Shown here: positions 1 through 13,064 of the stretch, piece by piece | How the letters are laid out: every line of letters starts with the position of its first letter | Numbering within the stretch: the first letter of the stretch is position 1 | Assembly (NCBI GenBank): GCA_026770705.1 | Contig: JANJGN010000007.1 | Coordinates: 63,240,001-63,304,000 of the forward strand | Length of the DNA stretch: 64,000 nucleotides | Source: Isurus oxyrinchus | Lineage: Eukaryota | Reading direction: 5' to 3' | The notes under the pieces: model-generated | Told to the model about the DNA's origin: nothing | Database searches by the model: none | Seen by the model: only the letters and a program-made list of their open reading frames with translations | Made by a program: the position numbers and the translations under genes

Positions 1-421
1 ACTTCTTTTTCTCAGCATCGTTAGGACTCGCTGCATTACTTCCTCGGCAAGAAGGCAGATGGACAATAAACCCCCCAGTGTAATGGTTATGAGAACATGC
101 AGAGGCACATGATTTTTCGAAGTCCATGGCACTTAAAATTGCTGGGTATTAACTATTCAGATTACTCTGCAGACCCTGCTAAAGATCATACTGCTGATGA
201 AGACAACGCAGTTCCATTCCCTCTCTCATCAGTGAAGCAGTCCCAGCACATGCAACATTTAAAGCCAAGTTTGGTTTTTAAAAGCATCAAAGGAATTCCA
301 GAAAACAGGACAAAACATAACATAGTTGGCTTATCTGACTGTGCAGTAATAAAATGGGTGCACCACTGAGTGATGTATATACTTTCAACAAGTACTCAAT
401 CTATGATAAACAGATTGGTTT
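1..421 (-). pseudogene. Pseudo-exon (truncated by window end)
   Basis: Acceptor tctttctctgcAG at 423-422; reads ETNLFIID*VLVESIYITQW... and later, with frame changes, PNLALNVACAGTASLMREGMELRCLHQQYDL*... / NHVPLHVLITITLGGLLSICLLAEEVMQRVLTMLRKRS. Confidence 0.65.
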
Positions 422-491
422 CTGCAGAGAAAGAATGCAGAGAGCAAGGCAGTAAAGGGTAGAAATGGAACCTGTTCTTTTTGTACCTACA

Positions 492-912
492 TGGCTGGAT
501 TTTCCAGCCCCCTGCGGATGTGCTTTCAGCGAGGGCATTTAAAATATGATGGGTGCAGCCCACCCTCAACTCATTCCCATAAAAAGCTAGGCGGCCAGGC
601 GTCAAAATCGTCAGCCCACCTGACATTTTAAAATAAAGAATTAATGAGCAATTGAGCTTGTTAACAAGCCAATTGACCTGAATATTGTGCTGCCAATGTC
701 ATAATACTGTTGGCATGGTCAGGTGGGTTGGAGTGAGAAGGTGGTTTTTAAAACAGCTTTGTGGACAAGGCAGGAAGAAAGGGAGGGGCATATCATTCAG
801 GGGATGCTCTGTGCACACGGGGACATCCCTCCCCCAGGATGTTAAACGCCCCCAGTTTTGTTCCCTCGCCTGGCCTCCAAAACCCGCTTCCCCACGCCCC
901 CTTGTCTCCCCA
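492..912. mobile_element. Non-autonomous DNA transposon (Harbinger-type MITE) remnant
   Basis: Begins GGCTGGATTTTCC, resembling the GGGCAGAATTTT termini elsewhere in the window; the other end is cut by a LINE. Confidence 0.4.
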
Positions 913-914
913 AC

Positions 915-1661
915 CTGGACAATTAAACAATTAACTGGAGGAGAAGGCTTCACAAATATCCCCATCCTCAATGATGGGGAGCCCAGCACATCCATGCAAA
1001 AGACATGCCTGAAATATTTACCTCTAGCATAAGCCAGAAGTGCTGAGTAGATGATCCATCTCAACCGACTCCTGAGATTCCCAGCATCACAGATGCCAGT
1101 CTTCAGCCAATTTAATTCACTCCATGCGATATCAAGAAATAGCTGAAGGCACTGAATACTGCAAAGGCTATGGGCCCTGACATCGTTCCCGCAAAAGTAG
1201 TGAAGACTTGTGCTCAAGAACTAGCCATGCTCCTCGCATAGCTGTTCCAGGACAGCTACAATAGTGGCATCTGGCCAACAATTCGGAAAATTGCCCTGGT
1301 ATGCCCTGTCCACAAAGAGCAGAAGAAATCCAACCTGGCCAATTACCGTCCTATCAACCTATTCTTGATCCTCAGCAAAGTGATGGAAGATGTCATCAAC
1401 AGTGCTATCTAGTGGCACTTACACAGCAATAACCTGCTCACCAAGGCTCAATTTGGGTTCTGCCAACACCGTGCAGCTCCTGACCTCATTGCAGCCTTGG
1501 TCCAAATATGGACAAAAGAGCTGAACTCAAACCGGCAGGTGAGGGTTACTGCCCTTGATATTAGGCAGCATCTGACTGAGTGTGGCATCAAGGAGCCCTG
1601 GCAAAACTGAAGTTAATGGAAATAAGGGGGAAGCTCTCCACTGGTTGTAGTCATACCCAGC
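915..1661 (+). mobile_element. CR1-group LINE internal (pre-RT/RT) fragment
   Basis: Colinear with about 34742-35490 of the near full-length copy (WTIKQLTGGEGFTNIPILNDG...); stops and frameshifts. Confidence 0.9.
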
Positions 1662-3445
1662 CCTCCTCAAGCACATGTACCTGAATTTAATTGTCTTTAA
1701 AGGCAGTCCATTGTTCTGTTCTAGTTTTGCCTTTCAATATTACATTCCAGTTTACCTTGGCCAGATTCATTCTCTTCTCACTGAAATTGACCTTCTCCAA
1801 TTTAGTATTTTTACTTTCCTTTCTCACAATAATCTTAAACCTTAAGATGCCATGATCACTGTTCCCTAAATGTTCCCGTACTGACACAAATCCACTTGTC
1901 CTCACTCATTTCCTAGACTCATTGTACCAGATATTGACCAAGCAAATTCTCCTGAATACACTTCAAAATCTATTCTCCCACCCTGTCCTGTATGCTATTA
2001 CTACTACTGACTACAGTAGGATAATTAAAGTTCCCCATTATCACTACTCTATAGTTTTGGCATGTCTCTGTCGTTTCATTGCAAATTTGCTCCTTTATAT
2101 CTTTCCCATTCTTTGGGGGCCTACAGAATACATTCAGTAATGTAATGGTACCTCTTTGGTTTTCTAACTCCAATTAAATAGAGTCTTGACCCCTCAAATG
2201 CATCCTCTCCCACTAGCACTGTAGTCCTTAGTCAATACTGCCACCCCTCCTCTTTTCTTTCCTTCCCTATCTTTCCTGAACAACTTGGGCTGGATCTTTG
2301 TTTTGGAAATCCCTTCACACTAGGATCATATTAAGGTCCCAATCGCGCACCGTGTTAGAAATAATCACCTGAAGTGATTTTAAAGGGATGACTAAATAGT
2401 GGGCAAAGGGTAGGCTTGGTGGGCGGGCTTCAGAAGATGGAGGGTCAATAGGAGGTCCTCTAGCATTGGAGGAGTTGCCTGCTGATGCAGTTAAAGGAGA
2501 GGGTGCCTCAAGATGGAGGCACTCTCTCAGCAGTTTTTAACAACTTCTTAAAAAAAAATGAACACAGCTGCTAGATCATCATTGTAGAGCAGGAACTTCT
2601 CTCCAGGGCATCCTATGGTCGCATTTGTAACGACGTAAGTATGGCAGCTGCAAGACATGGGGAGGGGGCCTGAAATTGATACTGGAAAATTTCACTTGCC
2701 CTCTGATCATTGGCCTTCATTGATATTTCACTAATGTTGACAAGCTATGTATCTCATTAAAACCAACCCAAAGATGGGAAGATGCCAGCAAACTAGCATG
2801 CCAGCTGATGCCAGGAAATTCCAGCTGTCTGCCAAAATGCCATATTTCCACATGGCAATCAGTGCCAATAACTCACCCATCTTACCACATTCCGCGCATT
2901 CATGTACATGCGCAGTAACCCTGATTTAGACTTTATTGCTTTCTCCCTTACTCTGCCCCCATCTCATAACTTACTTTTCCTATTCTAATGCTATCGATCT
3001 TATTGCAGTATTCTGTGCATCTTGGCATCCTTCTGTTATTATCTCCTGGTTCCCACATCACTGCCAAGTTAGCTTAAATCCTCCCACTGGCACTAGCAAA
3101 TTGCTGCACATAGAACTCAGTCCCAGCTCTATTTAGATACAATGTGTCTGACCTGTCTCGGTCCCATCTCCTCCAGAGCTGGACCCAATGTCTCAAGAAT
3201 CTAAATCCCTCCCTTCCTGCACCATCTTTCCAGCCATGCATTCATCTGCTTTATCCTCCTATTTCTATACTCACTTGCACATGGCACTGAAAGTCACAGA
3301 AATTAGTACTTTTGAGGTCCTACTTGCTAATTTTCTACTAACTCCCTAAATTCTAACCACAGGACCACATCTCTCTTTCTGCCTAGGTTGTTGATAACAA
3401 TGTGGATTACAGCTGCTGGCTGTTCACCCTCCCCCCTCAGGGACT
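1662..3445 (-). mobile_element. CR1 LINE 5' part (ORF1 SGNH-esterase end plus ORF2 endonuclease), interrupted by a MITE
   Basis: VREHLGNSDHGILRFKI and RPPKNG...VVIMGNFNYP (CR1 APE motifs) at 1687-2173; esterase-like HIVINN (cf. HVGTND) near 3388-3407. Confidence 0.8.
2287..2910. mobile_element. MITE-like insertion within CR1
   Basis: Starts GGGCTGGATCTT and interrupts the CR1 sequence, which resumes near 2920. Confidence 0.45.
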
Positions 3446-3619
3446 TCTGTAGGCCTTTCAGTGACAATTCAGTTGTCCCAATCTAAACTTTCTGAGATAG
3501 CTGCACTGCCCCAATGCTGGCCTCTTGAGCATCACCAGTCTTCTCAAAGTTATGGCCACATCTTCAGCTGCCAAGACCCTTACTCTGGACTTCCCTCATT
3601 AAATTTCTATTAAATTTAG

Positions 3620-3860
3620 TCCCGGGATGTGAACATTGCAGACAGGGCTAGAATTTGTTGCCCATCCTTAATTACATGTGAGAAGATGTGGGGAGATGGT
3701 CCATGTAGCCACAGTACTGCTGGGAATGGCGTTCCAGCTTTTTGTTCCAACTACAGTGAAGGAAAGGCGATATAGTTCTAAGTCAGGTCAGTATGCGGCT
3801 TTGAGGGGAACTTGCAGCTTTCTGACTCAAGAGATGAGAGTGCTACACACTAAGCCATGA
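3620..3860 (-). mobile_element. CR1-group LINE 3' tail plus tRNA-SINE head fragment
   Basis: GGGATGTG...TTGCCCATCCTTAATT is the reverse complement of the tail at 36470-36520; TTCTGACTC..GAGAGTGCTAC..CTAAGCCA is a SINE head. Confidence 0.6.
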
Positions 3861-3981
3861 CGAACATTGACATGAGTTAAAGTTTATTTTAATTAGTTAA
3901 TATTTTTCTGTCAAGTCCAAACATAAAGATCAAGTGGTTCAAGGGAAAGATTGGGACTGGCATGCTGCGCTCAGAGCTCAC

Positions 3982-4043
3982 CTGTTTCTGTTACAGCTCC
4001 CCATGCAGGTCCTACATCAATGTTGTCTGATGCCAATACCTTT
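3982..4043 (-). pseudogene. 62-nt pseudo-exon, open frame KVLASDNIDVGPAWGAVTET
   Basis: Acceptor tcttctacctatctgtAG, donor CAG/GTGAGC; phase 2 in and phase 1 out, matching both neighbours. Confidence 0.6.
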
Positions 4044-4464
4044 CTACAGATAGGTAGAAGACAGGCACACACTACTGAGTCATGAAGATGGGTGGCGGGA
4101 GGAGGCAATTAGCAATGGACCCTCGCATTGGACAGGGCTTTTAACGGTCAATCAAAAACTCTCTGCCAGCTCCCAGTGTGAAGGTGACCTGCTTTAAACT
4201 CATTGAGGTTGTCCAGGTGACGTGTAGAGTACAAACACCAGCACAGGCCAAATGGCCTGTTTCTGTGCTGTAAAATCTATGTCTATGTCTAAACAGTGGA
4301 TCGGGTTTGGGGAGTCAGAAAATGAGTTATTACCTCAAAATTCTCAGCTTCTTAGTTGCTCTTGTAGCCACAGTATTTATATGGCAGGTCCACTTATGCT
4401 TCTGGTCAACAGTAACTCCCAAGATGTGGAGACTGGGGATTCTAGCCCCTTTTCCCCTTTAATA

Positions 4465-5145
4465 CATTCTTGACCAGGTTTTGGATCAGCTGCCCTAATA
4501 TCTCCATTTGTGGCTCAACGTCAATATTTTTTTGATAGTGCTCCTGTGTAGCACTCAGGGATGTTTTATTACTTTAAAGGTGCCATACAAATCAACATCT
4601 CTATCGACAAGGGACATGTCACAAGTGTGATGGAATAATCTCCACTTGCCTGATGAGCGCAGCACCAACAACACTCGAGAAGCTTGACACCTTCTAGGGC
4701 AATGACCACTTGATCACCATCTTATTCCCCAACTTAAACATTCACTCCCTCCACCACCTTAGGAATAGCAGTGCGTACGATATACAAGATGCACTTCAGC
4801 AACTCACCAAGGCTCCTTCAACCGCACCATCCAAACCTGCAGCCTCTACCACCTGGAAGGACAAGAGCAACAGATACAATGGAACACCACCTACAAGTTC
4901 CCCTCCAAGCCACACACCATCCTGGCTTGGAACTGTATCACTGTTCCTTCGTTGCCGTAGGATCAAAATCTTGGAACTCACACTCCAGCACCACTGTGGG
5001 TGGACCTGCACCAGAAGGACAGCAGCGGTTCAAGAAGATGACTCATTATCACCATCTCAACAGCAATTAGGAATGGGCAACGAATGCCAGCCTTGCTCAT
5101 GATACCCACATCCCATGAAAGGAAAAAAATACAAGCTGTTGTTGC
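4465..5145 (+). mobile_element. L2 3' tail interrupted by a CR1-group LINE 3' end (about 4595-5128)
   Basis: L2-type tail (...GGGATGTTTTATTACTTTAAAGGTGCCATACAAAT) resumes as ACAAGCTGTTGTTG after the LINE A-tail; the insert matches 36030-36520. Confidence 0.75.
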
Positions 5146-5186
5146 TTTTAAATTATCTTTCTCGTTCTTTGAATTTAAAGTTTTAC

Positions 5187-5441
5187 GTCCAGCTTGCTAT
5201 CATAATGAAAGTTAACTGTGGGATGTTGGAAGTTTACACAAGTTGACCAATGATTATCATTTCTATTAACTTTAAAATCTAAATGTAACTTAGCTTCAAT
5301 TCACTATTTTGAAGGATGCTAAAAGGTCATCATGATTACATCATCAGGGATGATGATGGAATGTGCACATTTATGCTGATAGTTTGCAACTGTCATTACC
5401 AATTACCATTACCAATAGCAACAGGTGGTCCAACATGGTAG
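5187..5441 (-). pseudogene. Pseudo-exon
   Basis: Acceptor ttttcattaaactacAG; YHVGPPVAIGNGNW**QLQTISINVHIP...ILKLIEMIIIGQLV*; phase 2/2. Confidence 0.5.
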
Positions 5442-6026
5442 CTGTAGTTTAATGAAAATTGACTGTGCATTTTGTCCACTTAAGGCTACCATACACATAT
5501 GCCAGCAGAGAGATAATAAAGGAATCCATGTTTTAACAGCATGCACAATTCTAATTCTGAATCTTACTGTTCTTCCCAAGAACTTCACACAGGCAGACTC
5601 AGAATTCCATTCATGACTTTCACTAGCAGTATTTGTTATTAAGCACTTGTCAATTTTTTTCCCATTGTGGTTGAAACCAGTTCTTTTATACAATATTGCA
5701 TTGCATTCCCTCAAAATATTAACAATGATGCCAACTTACTATCAATTAAGCTGCCTCCCTGTTTACTAACACATTGTTGTTTTGATCCCATAAGTTGCAC
5801 AAAATAAGTGTATTTATTTGGCAGGCAAGCAGAGTAAAGAATCAATCGCTGAATGTCAGAATGACCTCAGGGTAGGCTTTAGACAGGCTGTCTGTTTAAG
5901 ACCTCTGCAGCTTATAGTTAAATCACCTTCTCCTATGTCATCCTCTCAATTTGCAAAGTACTCCCACCACCTTTAAACCCGCACCAAATAAATGTAGTCA
6001 TACAACTATAACTTGTAAAATACTAT

Positions 6027-7135
6027 TGTTATGACCAATCCCTGCGCAAGGTCCCCAAATTTGTTATTATCCTGGTTGAGGAAGGATGAACTGGCTCCCT
6101 TCTTCAACCCCCTTGGTTGGTCGCAGCAAAGGTTAATTTAAAAAGGATCCCTTCCCTTGTAGATACCTTTTCCCAGTCCAAATGTATTTATGTTTCAAAA
6201 GGAGCCAATTTAACCAGGCTGTCTTGATTCAAAGAAAGAATGAGTTTATTAGTTACTAAACACGAGGAAAAATAATAAAAACTCAACACACATACTCACA
6301 GGTCAGAAATGAGAAATTGAGCCTAAAAGTAAAAGTTTAAGAACGATATATTAATCAGTCCTTTGGCTTGTTTGTGAGGAGTTAATGGTGAAGCGTTGCG
6401 GCCATTCAGGTGGGGTGATTCCAGCAGCACTGACTTTGGCATTTAAGCAGTTGATTTGGAGATTCTTGGTTCTGCAGGTTAGCTGAAAGGAGTTGCCCTG
6501 TTTCCTTTTTAGCTGTGGCTTTGCTGACTTGTGACTTGCTTCCAGCAATCAGAGAGAAAAGGCTGTTTTTACCTGCAAGCTGCAGGGATGCCCGGTTGGT
6601 GTTCTTCAACTGTCACCTTCACAGCACACGCACACACACACACACACACACCAGAACAGAACACCAGACTAGCACACAGAACTAGGGTTGCAGTTGGCTT
6701 TTTTTAAACCCCTTTCCTTGTGCATTCCTGGGAGGGAGAAAGAAACATGCATTTTGCCCATATTTGTTTTCGTTTCAACTCAGTTCATGTTCACAGTCTG
6801 GGATATAACTCAACAAGTGGTGGTTTCAGCTGAAGTGGTAATCATTTTCCATTATCTCCACAACCACAGGCGATTACAGTTCAGTTTGCAATGTATGGTT
6901 CCTTTGAAGTGCCTCTATCTTAAGTAGGCCATGTCACACCTTTTAGGTGCAACATTCTGTTATCTCTGAACCAGTTGGTCAAGTAATCCACATAGGAATT
7001 TCCAGCAAGCGGTTGGTTACCTTACAGTCTCAGCCAGTGTTTGTTTGTATGTCCTTTTTTAAAAAAAAAAGCACGTCTTGCTTAAAAGTTCAATATGTCC
7101 ATTAGTAATTTGGAATAGGATCCATGGCCATGACA
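6027..7135 (-). mobile_element. Solo LTR with 4-bp TSD CTAT
   Basis: TGTTATGACCA...TGGCCATGACA terminal inverted repeat (9/11); CTAT at 6023-6026 and 7136-7139; internal (CA)n at about 6624-6650. Confidence 0.85.
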
Positions 7136-8345
7136 CTATGGGTAGAGTCAGAAGAAACAGAGGTCAGAACAATATTGTTTTGTGTGGTCAAGTCCCACTA
7201 AGCAGCAGCAACATTAAAACTATAGTTGTAACTGCTGTTTCCAGAGAATTGAGCTTGTCATCCTCTTAACACCAAGCTTTTTTCTGCATGATTACTGGAT
7301 TTTGTACTGTGCAACTAAATGTCACTTGTAATTTTTCTACCAGAGAATATGACAAAAAATTGAATGAAGTGACCAGCAATTTCTATCAAATTTTGATATT
7401 GCTTCTGCTGGAGACTAAATGCTGATACCATGAACAGATATTCAATAGCAGATGGAAGTCATTGGGGAATAACTTCTTTTATGATAGAATTTATTTTTCT
7501 GACGTGCGGATTCAGTTTTCAAATACGTGGAGCAAACTATGGTTACAGTGCGCAGTTATGATATTACAATTTTTTAGAAAAACCATCTTGAAGGTCACAT
7601 TTTGTAAACATTGGACCGAGTTCAAAGACTGTTTCCAAAATGAAGTCCAAGTATCACCTGACTTTCAGCTTGTGGATTTGGGCTGGACCCTCTTCAATCA
7701 GACAAAGAGGAAACAAACTTAGACACATACTTCAAAATTCAATGAATGTTCCAAAAAGAGTTTAAAAAAAACACATTGAAGGGTGGCTTTTCCTCCAAAC
7801 ACAAAGACACTAACTGATGAACCATTGTGAAGTGTAAACACCCTTGACATTTTTGATCAGTTCACGGGGTAAGGAGACTTTGATTAACAATAATGGAACT
7901 ATCACTTGCCTTATATGGAAAAATGAATTAGCATGATGCAGCCATCTTTGCTTCACGCATATACAAAAATAAGCAGCATGCTGCCTTGGGGCAGATCCAG
8001 AGCACCATCTTGAAGAAGCTTCAACCCAGAGAGAGATAGAGAAAGGCATCTAAAAGCAGCTAGTGGTCTGCTGTAAAGTGCCATGCCTACCAAATAGAAA
8101 TAAGAAACTTTCTCTCCTCCCCATAAACCTGATTCCACCGACTAAGCTCACCTGTTAATCCAACAACGGAAGCCATCACAGCTGCAGAGACAATCCTACA
8201 ACTTCAGAACCTTCACTTCAGAAAACACGACATCTTGACTTCAAAAATACCAGGCCTTCACTGGAATATGGGCTAAACTGACTCAATTTTTATAAGTATT
8301 TTATCTTCATTTGTAACTAAACTGTGTATGCGCGTTGATAACTTT

Positions 8346-11300
8346 GGCAGAATCATCCCAGATTTGCACTGTGAGGTAGTGGGTGGGTTTAAAAAATGTT
8401 TTACCCGCTGGGTGCAATGGTAGCTTTTCATGCCATATCATCCCAAAGCTACTGCATTAATTATGTATTTCTGGGAAACATGCTGCTCCCATGGTGGGTG
8501 AGCTCTCATTCGCCCGCCACACCATTACCTCGCCGCTTCATCACACCAGGCACCACAAGTGCAGCCACATGCTCACTTCTCAGTGCTTCCATCCAAGGAC
8601 TGCTGCATGGAAGGCAGGATGGCCCCGAAAGGCAAAAAGACTGCAGGCCCCAACTTCAGTGCTGCATCCCTCTAGTGCCTTTTGAATGCCATGGAGACAT
8701 GCCATGATGTCCTCTAACCCCCTTCTAGCCACAGGATGGGCAGCTAAATCACAAATCCAGCATGGGAGGCAATGGCAGTGATGGTCAGTGCTAATGCCCT
8801 GCAAAAGATCACAGCCACCCAGTAACACTACAGATAAATTTGTTCAGCCAAGGTAACTCACTCTTCTCATCGTTCTCAACTCACACACTCTCAAATCCAT
8901 CACACATCCATAGGGTTCTCATGCTTTAAAGGACAACACCACTAACTCTTACAAACACCCTCACATCTCCATCAGGCTCATATCCTCTGGAACTCGCGTC
9001 CTTATCCCGTCCCTGGCTCCAATTACCACACAAACAATCCACACGGCTGGAGAAGCTGGGACACATCAGCAGGGAGAGGTCCCAGACTTGGGTTGGAGTG
9101 ACCCACATTAAGCCCCTCACTCACTTTGAGGAGTGTGCCATTGCACTGACTGTTGAGGGTATGGACCATGCCTGTGGTGGCAGTGAGGTCGATGGCAAAC
9201 ACCCTCATGAGGATCCTGCACCACATCATCCCTCTCAAAGTTCTCTCTTCTGCTTTTGACTGGGCTGCCATGCTTATCGCTACTTTGGTTCACAGGAAGG
9301 TCTGTCAAATGACGGACACCCTCAGCCAGTCAGTCCCTCAGCTCCATCCAGGTCCTCAAGTCCAGACAAGAGGACACCTCTTCCACTGAAGAGCTGGAAA
9401 TAAACAGCCTGGAAGACCTGTCACAGAGCTTACCCTCACCCTGCACCAGCGCAGAGAGACACACCTCAGCGGGGCCTAGATCTAGAGCAGGCTCAGGTTC
9501 ACAATCTTGTGGCCACCACACAAACACATGTCCAAAACAGGAGGAGGCAGGTTTGGCCAAGCTCCCGGACACTCTGAGGACTGCTGGGGAACAGGCACCT
9601 GTCGGAGATCCGACTCAGATGACCTGCCTCTGGATTTGGCCGCCTAACTCATCCTGGAGAGTCAGCAGAAGGTGTGGGAGCATCATGCAGAGCTATTTGA
9701 AGCCCTCAACATGGTGGTACATGAGTTGGAGGACTACATACACCTGATCTCTGATAAAGTGGTGCCCACATGTGCGTGTATGGAGGTCTCCATGGGGAGA
9801 TGTGGATGCCTTGGAGACCCTGGTCCAGCAGAATGCAGAGGTGTGTGCAGATCTGCATTCCATCGTGGGAGCTATGGTTGAGTTCCTGCAATAGCAACAT
9901 GAGGGGGAAACAGGGCACCTCGACGTCCCTCCAGGTGCTCCTTGCTTCAAAGAGTTAGGCCGGGGCCCCCAGGCACCCAAAAGGAGGAGGAGCAACAGCT
10001 GGACACCCCTGGATCATCCACTCAGGAATCTCAGAGGCTGTCCTCTCCCTTTGAGTCCCCTTTGCCTGTAAGCTCCTCAACTCGTCCTCTGTCACCGCAG
10101 AGGGAGCAGCTGGCCAACGAATGATTCTGGAGGGAGAAGTGTGCATGTGGCAGGGCCTATCAAAGCTCTGTGCAAGCACTCACCCACACACACAGGTCCT
10201 TCATGTATCATACTCACCTCAATGTCCTGAGCATTTTCAATGCTGCTTGGTGGATTTCACTTTCAATTGTCTATCTGAGCTGTCCCACATCTCCACCCAC
10301 CCAATGATCACACTCCCATGCAGCACCTGATCTTGCCCACCACAACTGTCGTTTCACTTTCAATTTAGATAGCATGGTCTTGATTCACTTTTTCATAAGT
10401 TCTCCTATCTATTCTCCTCCACTCATCACCCATTTCCAGTCATCTTCCACCTCCCCTCCTGCCAGCTACAACGGGGATGTCCAGGTGAACATGTACGTTC
10501 CCTTCCTTCGCAAAAATTCCACCCCAACCACTTTCACCTCCCTGACCTCCTCCTTCCCACCCCGAGGGTCAGTGTCTGCCTCAGAGACCCCACCAACCAC
10601 CTTCGCCATCCTCTCTACCGCTACAGTTGAACCCACACCCTCCCCACCCAACTACCTCACTCTGCTCTCAGTCATTCTCACCATTCATTCATTCCATGCC
10701 CACCCTCAGATTGCTCCCCTAGAAACAGTCATGAACTCATTAGAGCCCTCCTTTGCACATTCACCTGGGCATTCTCTGCTCTGGACCCCTTCCCCCTTTC
10801 TCCCCAACAATGGACTCCACTCCTCCCTTAGTCCTTCCCTGTTCTTGACTGCTTCAGATACCCTTACATCTTCATCCAGCCTTACTTCCTCTTCCACCCT
10901 TGGTCCTTACCCCTCTCTGCACTCCTTCCTCCACCCTTACATCTTCCTCCAGCCTTACTCCTTCTCCTCCCTGCACTCCTTCCTCCCCCTGGACTCCCTC
11001 CCCTCTCTGCATTCCTTCGCCCCTCCAAATTCATTCCGTTATACCTTCCACCCTCCTTACACCTACCTCTTCAGTTACTGTCTTCTCCCCTGTTACCCCC
11101 CCTCAGCCCCCTGTACACTCTCCCCCTGCCCAACCTCATCCCATCCTGACACCTCATTCTCCCCCCCCCACCCAACTCTCAACCTCACCCTATCCTAACA
11201 CCTCTTCCTCACTCAGTCGATCCTAGACCTACCTGTCCCACCCCCGGGTACATCTTCCTCTCCCAAATACAGCTGGACCTTCCTCTCCACCACCTCGACC

Positions 11301-11792
11301 ATCATCCTTTGTGAGCAGACCTTCAACGGTGATTTTCCAACTTCTGTGGACTGCTCTGCAGCAGAGCCACATCCATAAGAATCCATCCAGCACACCATTC
11401 CTCCAGTGTGCCACTGGTGTTGGGCTCCAGCATCTTCTTCTCCTCAAATGTCTGCAACGTGAGCAAGGCCCTGGCGGTAAGTCCCAACTTCTGCACGTCA
11501 CACTTGTCAAGATTGTTCTGCATCTGCATGCAATCATGCCAATGTGGACGGATGATCCAGTGGGGTGGGGGAGTGGATTGTTTCCAGCAGGATGGCCTTA
11601 GAATGATATGCAGATGTATTACAATGAGTTTCCCATCATTCAGTGGCAGAGAATGTGGCCTGCCATCGATGGGCTAAGTAGATGATCGCAATCTGGTTTC
11701 ATGTCATGCAACCGATTTTTGGCCTTTTCACCGTATTGTCCGCTCATGCCTTTGAACAAGCTTGACATCAGCGGACATGGATGATTCCACCC
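8346..11792 (+). mobile_element. Harbinger/PIF derivative 1: spliced Myb/SANT gene remnant, no recognisable transposase
   Basis: TIRs GGCAGAATCATCC / GGATGATTCCACCC, possible TSD TTT; ATG 8619 MAPKGKKTA...WEAMAVMVSANALQK, donor GTAACT at 8853; exon 2 KLGHISRERSQT near 9050. Confidence 0.85.
10400..11230 (+). repeat. C/T-rich low-complexity tract inside Harbinger 1
   Basis: Strong pyrimidine bias with repeated CCCTCTCTGCA(C/T)TCCTTC units at 10910-11020. Confidence 0.8.
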
Positions 11793-12660
11793 TTTATCTT
11801 TTCTTAAGTAATTTCCAAAGCAGTCAAGTGAAATAAACTAACCTTTTCTTTTTTAAAGTAAAAGGCTTGTTGCAGAGTCTCATTTCACACATAAGAAAAT
11901 ACACACACAAATACATTGTTCATGGGCGACTTTGGTGGGTGAAACACCTTTTAACCAGCTGAGACGCTATATTTAACAAGGTGTTAACAAGGCATGAAGA
12001 CATTGTCTGTGCAGACCATATGATTCTGTAAATAACTACCCGAGTCGTTATCTATTGTTACAAGAAGGAGACTCATCAATAGCTTTGTCATGTTTAACTA
12101 AACCATAAAGCCAACATAGCATCTTACACTTTTGATCTTCATGACTTCTGTTGCTTTTTGATTTTACAGATTGGTACACATCAAGCTGACTGCTTTACCA
12201 TGTACTGTGAATGGTTAGGTATGCAATGATTGCATTTAACTTCACATGTGCCTTGCTCAAAGATTTAAGCATCAAGTCTAAATAGTTCACTAGTTTAAAC
12301 AAAAACTTTCAAATTAATACTGTCAAAATAAAAACTTCGACACAAATATTGTTTTTTTTTAAATGATCAGTTTTCATCTGATTCTTTTGCATGTTGCAGA
12401 GAAAATGTGTTCAATCTGCTTTCTGATGAGCTAATAGTGATTTGATGACACAAGCTGAAGCAATGACAGTGTTTTAAAAATGGGCTACTTTTATGTTCAA
12501 TGATCACAGTTCCAAAACCACAATGAAAGACAATATGTATTATTACCTTTATAAGGTTACACAAAAGTATAAATTATTTTTCATACCTATTAATAATTCT
12601 CTTAAAAATGTACAGATTAACTGTAGAGTGCATGAGGAGAAACATGAAGCACGTTACTTG

Positions 12661-12880
12661 CAAATAAGATGGAGATGAAAATTTACTCAATTCTATTGTA
12701 GAGATGGATATATTTGTCCCATTTTGGACTGATGTGCAGAGAGGACATGATCAAGTATTGCTTGAATTCTCATAGGCATGCTTCTTTAAGGGGAATCACA
12801 CCAACTATGCTTGATTGAAGATAATTCTAATCGAGGACATGTAGAAGTATTTTATCTCATAGCTGAATTTATCATATCCA
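12661..12880 (+). repeat. About 220-bp inverted copy of 14529-14747
   Basis: Aligns end to end with the reverse complement (e.g. ATCTCATAGCTGAATTTATCATATCCA); roughly 85% identical by eye. Confidence 0.9.
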
Positions 12881-13064
12881 CCTTACTTGTTATCAGTAAA
12901 AACATAATAATTTATATGACTATAGATTTTTAGTTTTCTAAATATAAATGTCAACATTTTTCTTTCTAAATAACCCAACACTTGAAAAAGACTACTTTGT
13001 ACATAGTTGTACTATTACACACCCTTACTAAACAGCAATTACTTCTTATCCTTGCCCCTATTAC

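Larger units (their letters stand above)
7556..11978 (+). mobile_element. Probable solo LTR split by a Harbinger element
   Basis: (TG)TTATGATA start and ...TATTTAACA end, AATAAA near 11831; removing it rejoins the pseudo-exon; left junction partly deleted so the TSD (possibly AGGT) is incomplete. Confidence 0.5.
5568..12319 (-). pseudogene. About 1.2-kb pseudo-exon split into three pieces (11979-12319, 7136-7555, 5568-6026) by LTR insertions
   Basis: Acceptor tttttattttgacAG at 12321-12320, donor GTAAGA at 5567; KFLFKLVNYLDLMLKSLSKAHVKLNAIIAYL..., KINSIIKEVIPQ*LPSAIEYLFMVSAF..., AMQYCIKELVSTTMGKKLTSA**QILLVKVMNGILSLPV. Confidence 0.65.

Noticed and set aside
10374-11198. 274-aa S/P/L-rich ORF
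   Set aside because: A by-product of the pyrimidine-rich low-complexity tract (few stop codons possible); no domain motifs.
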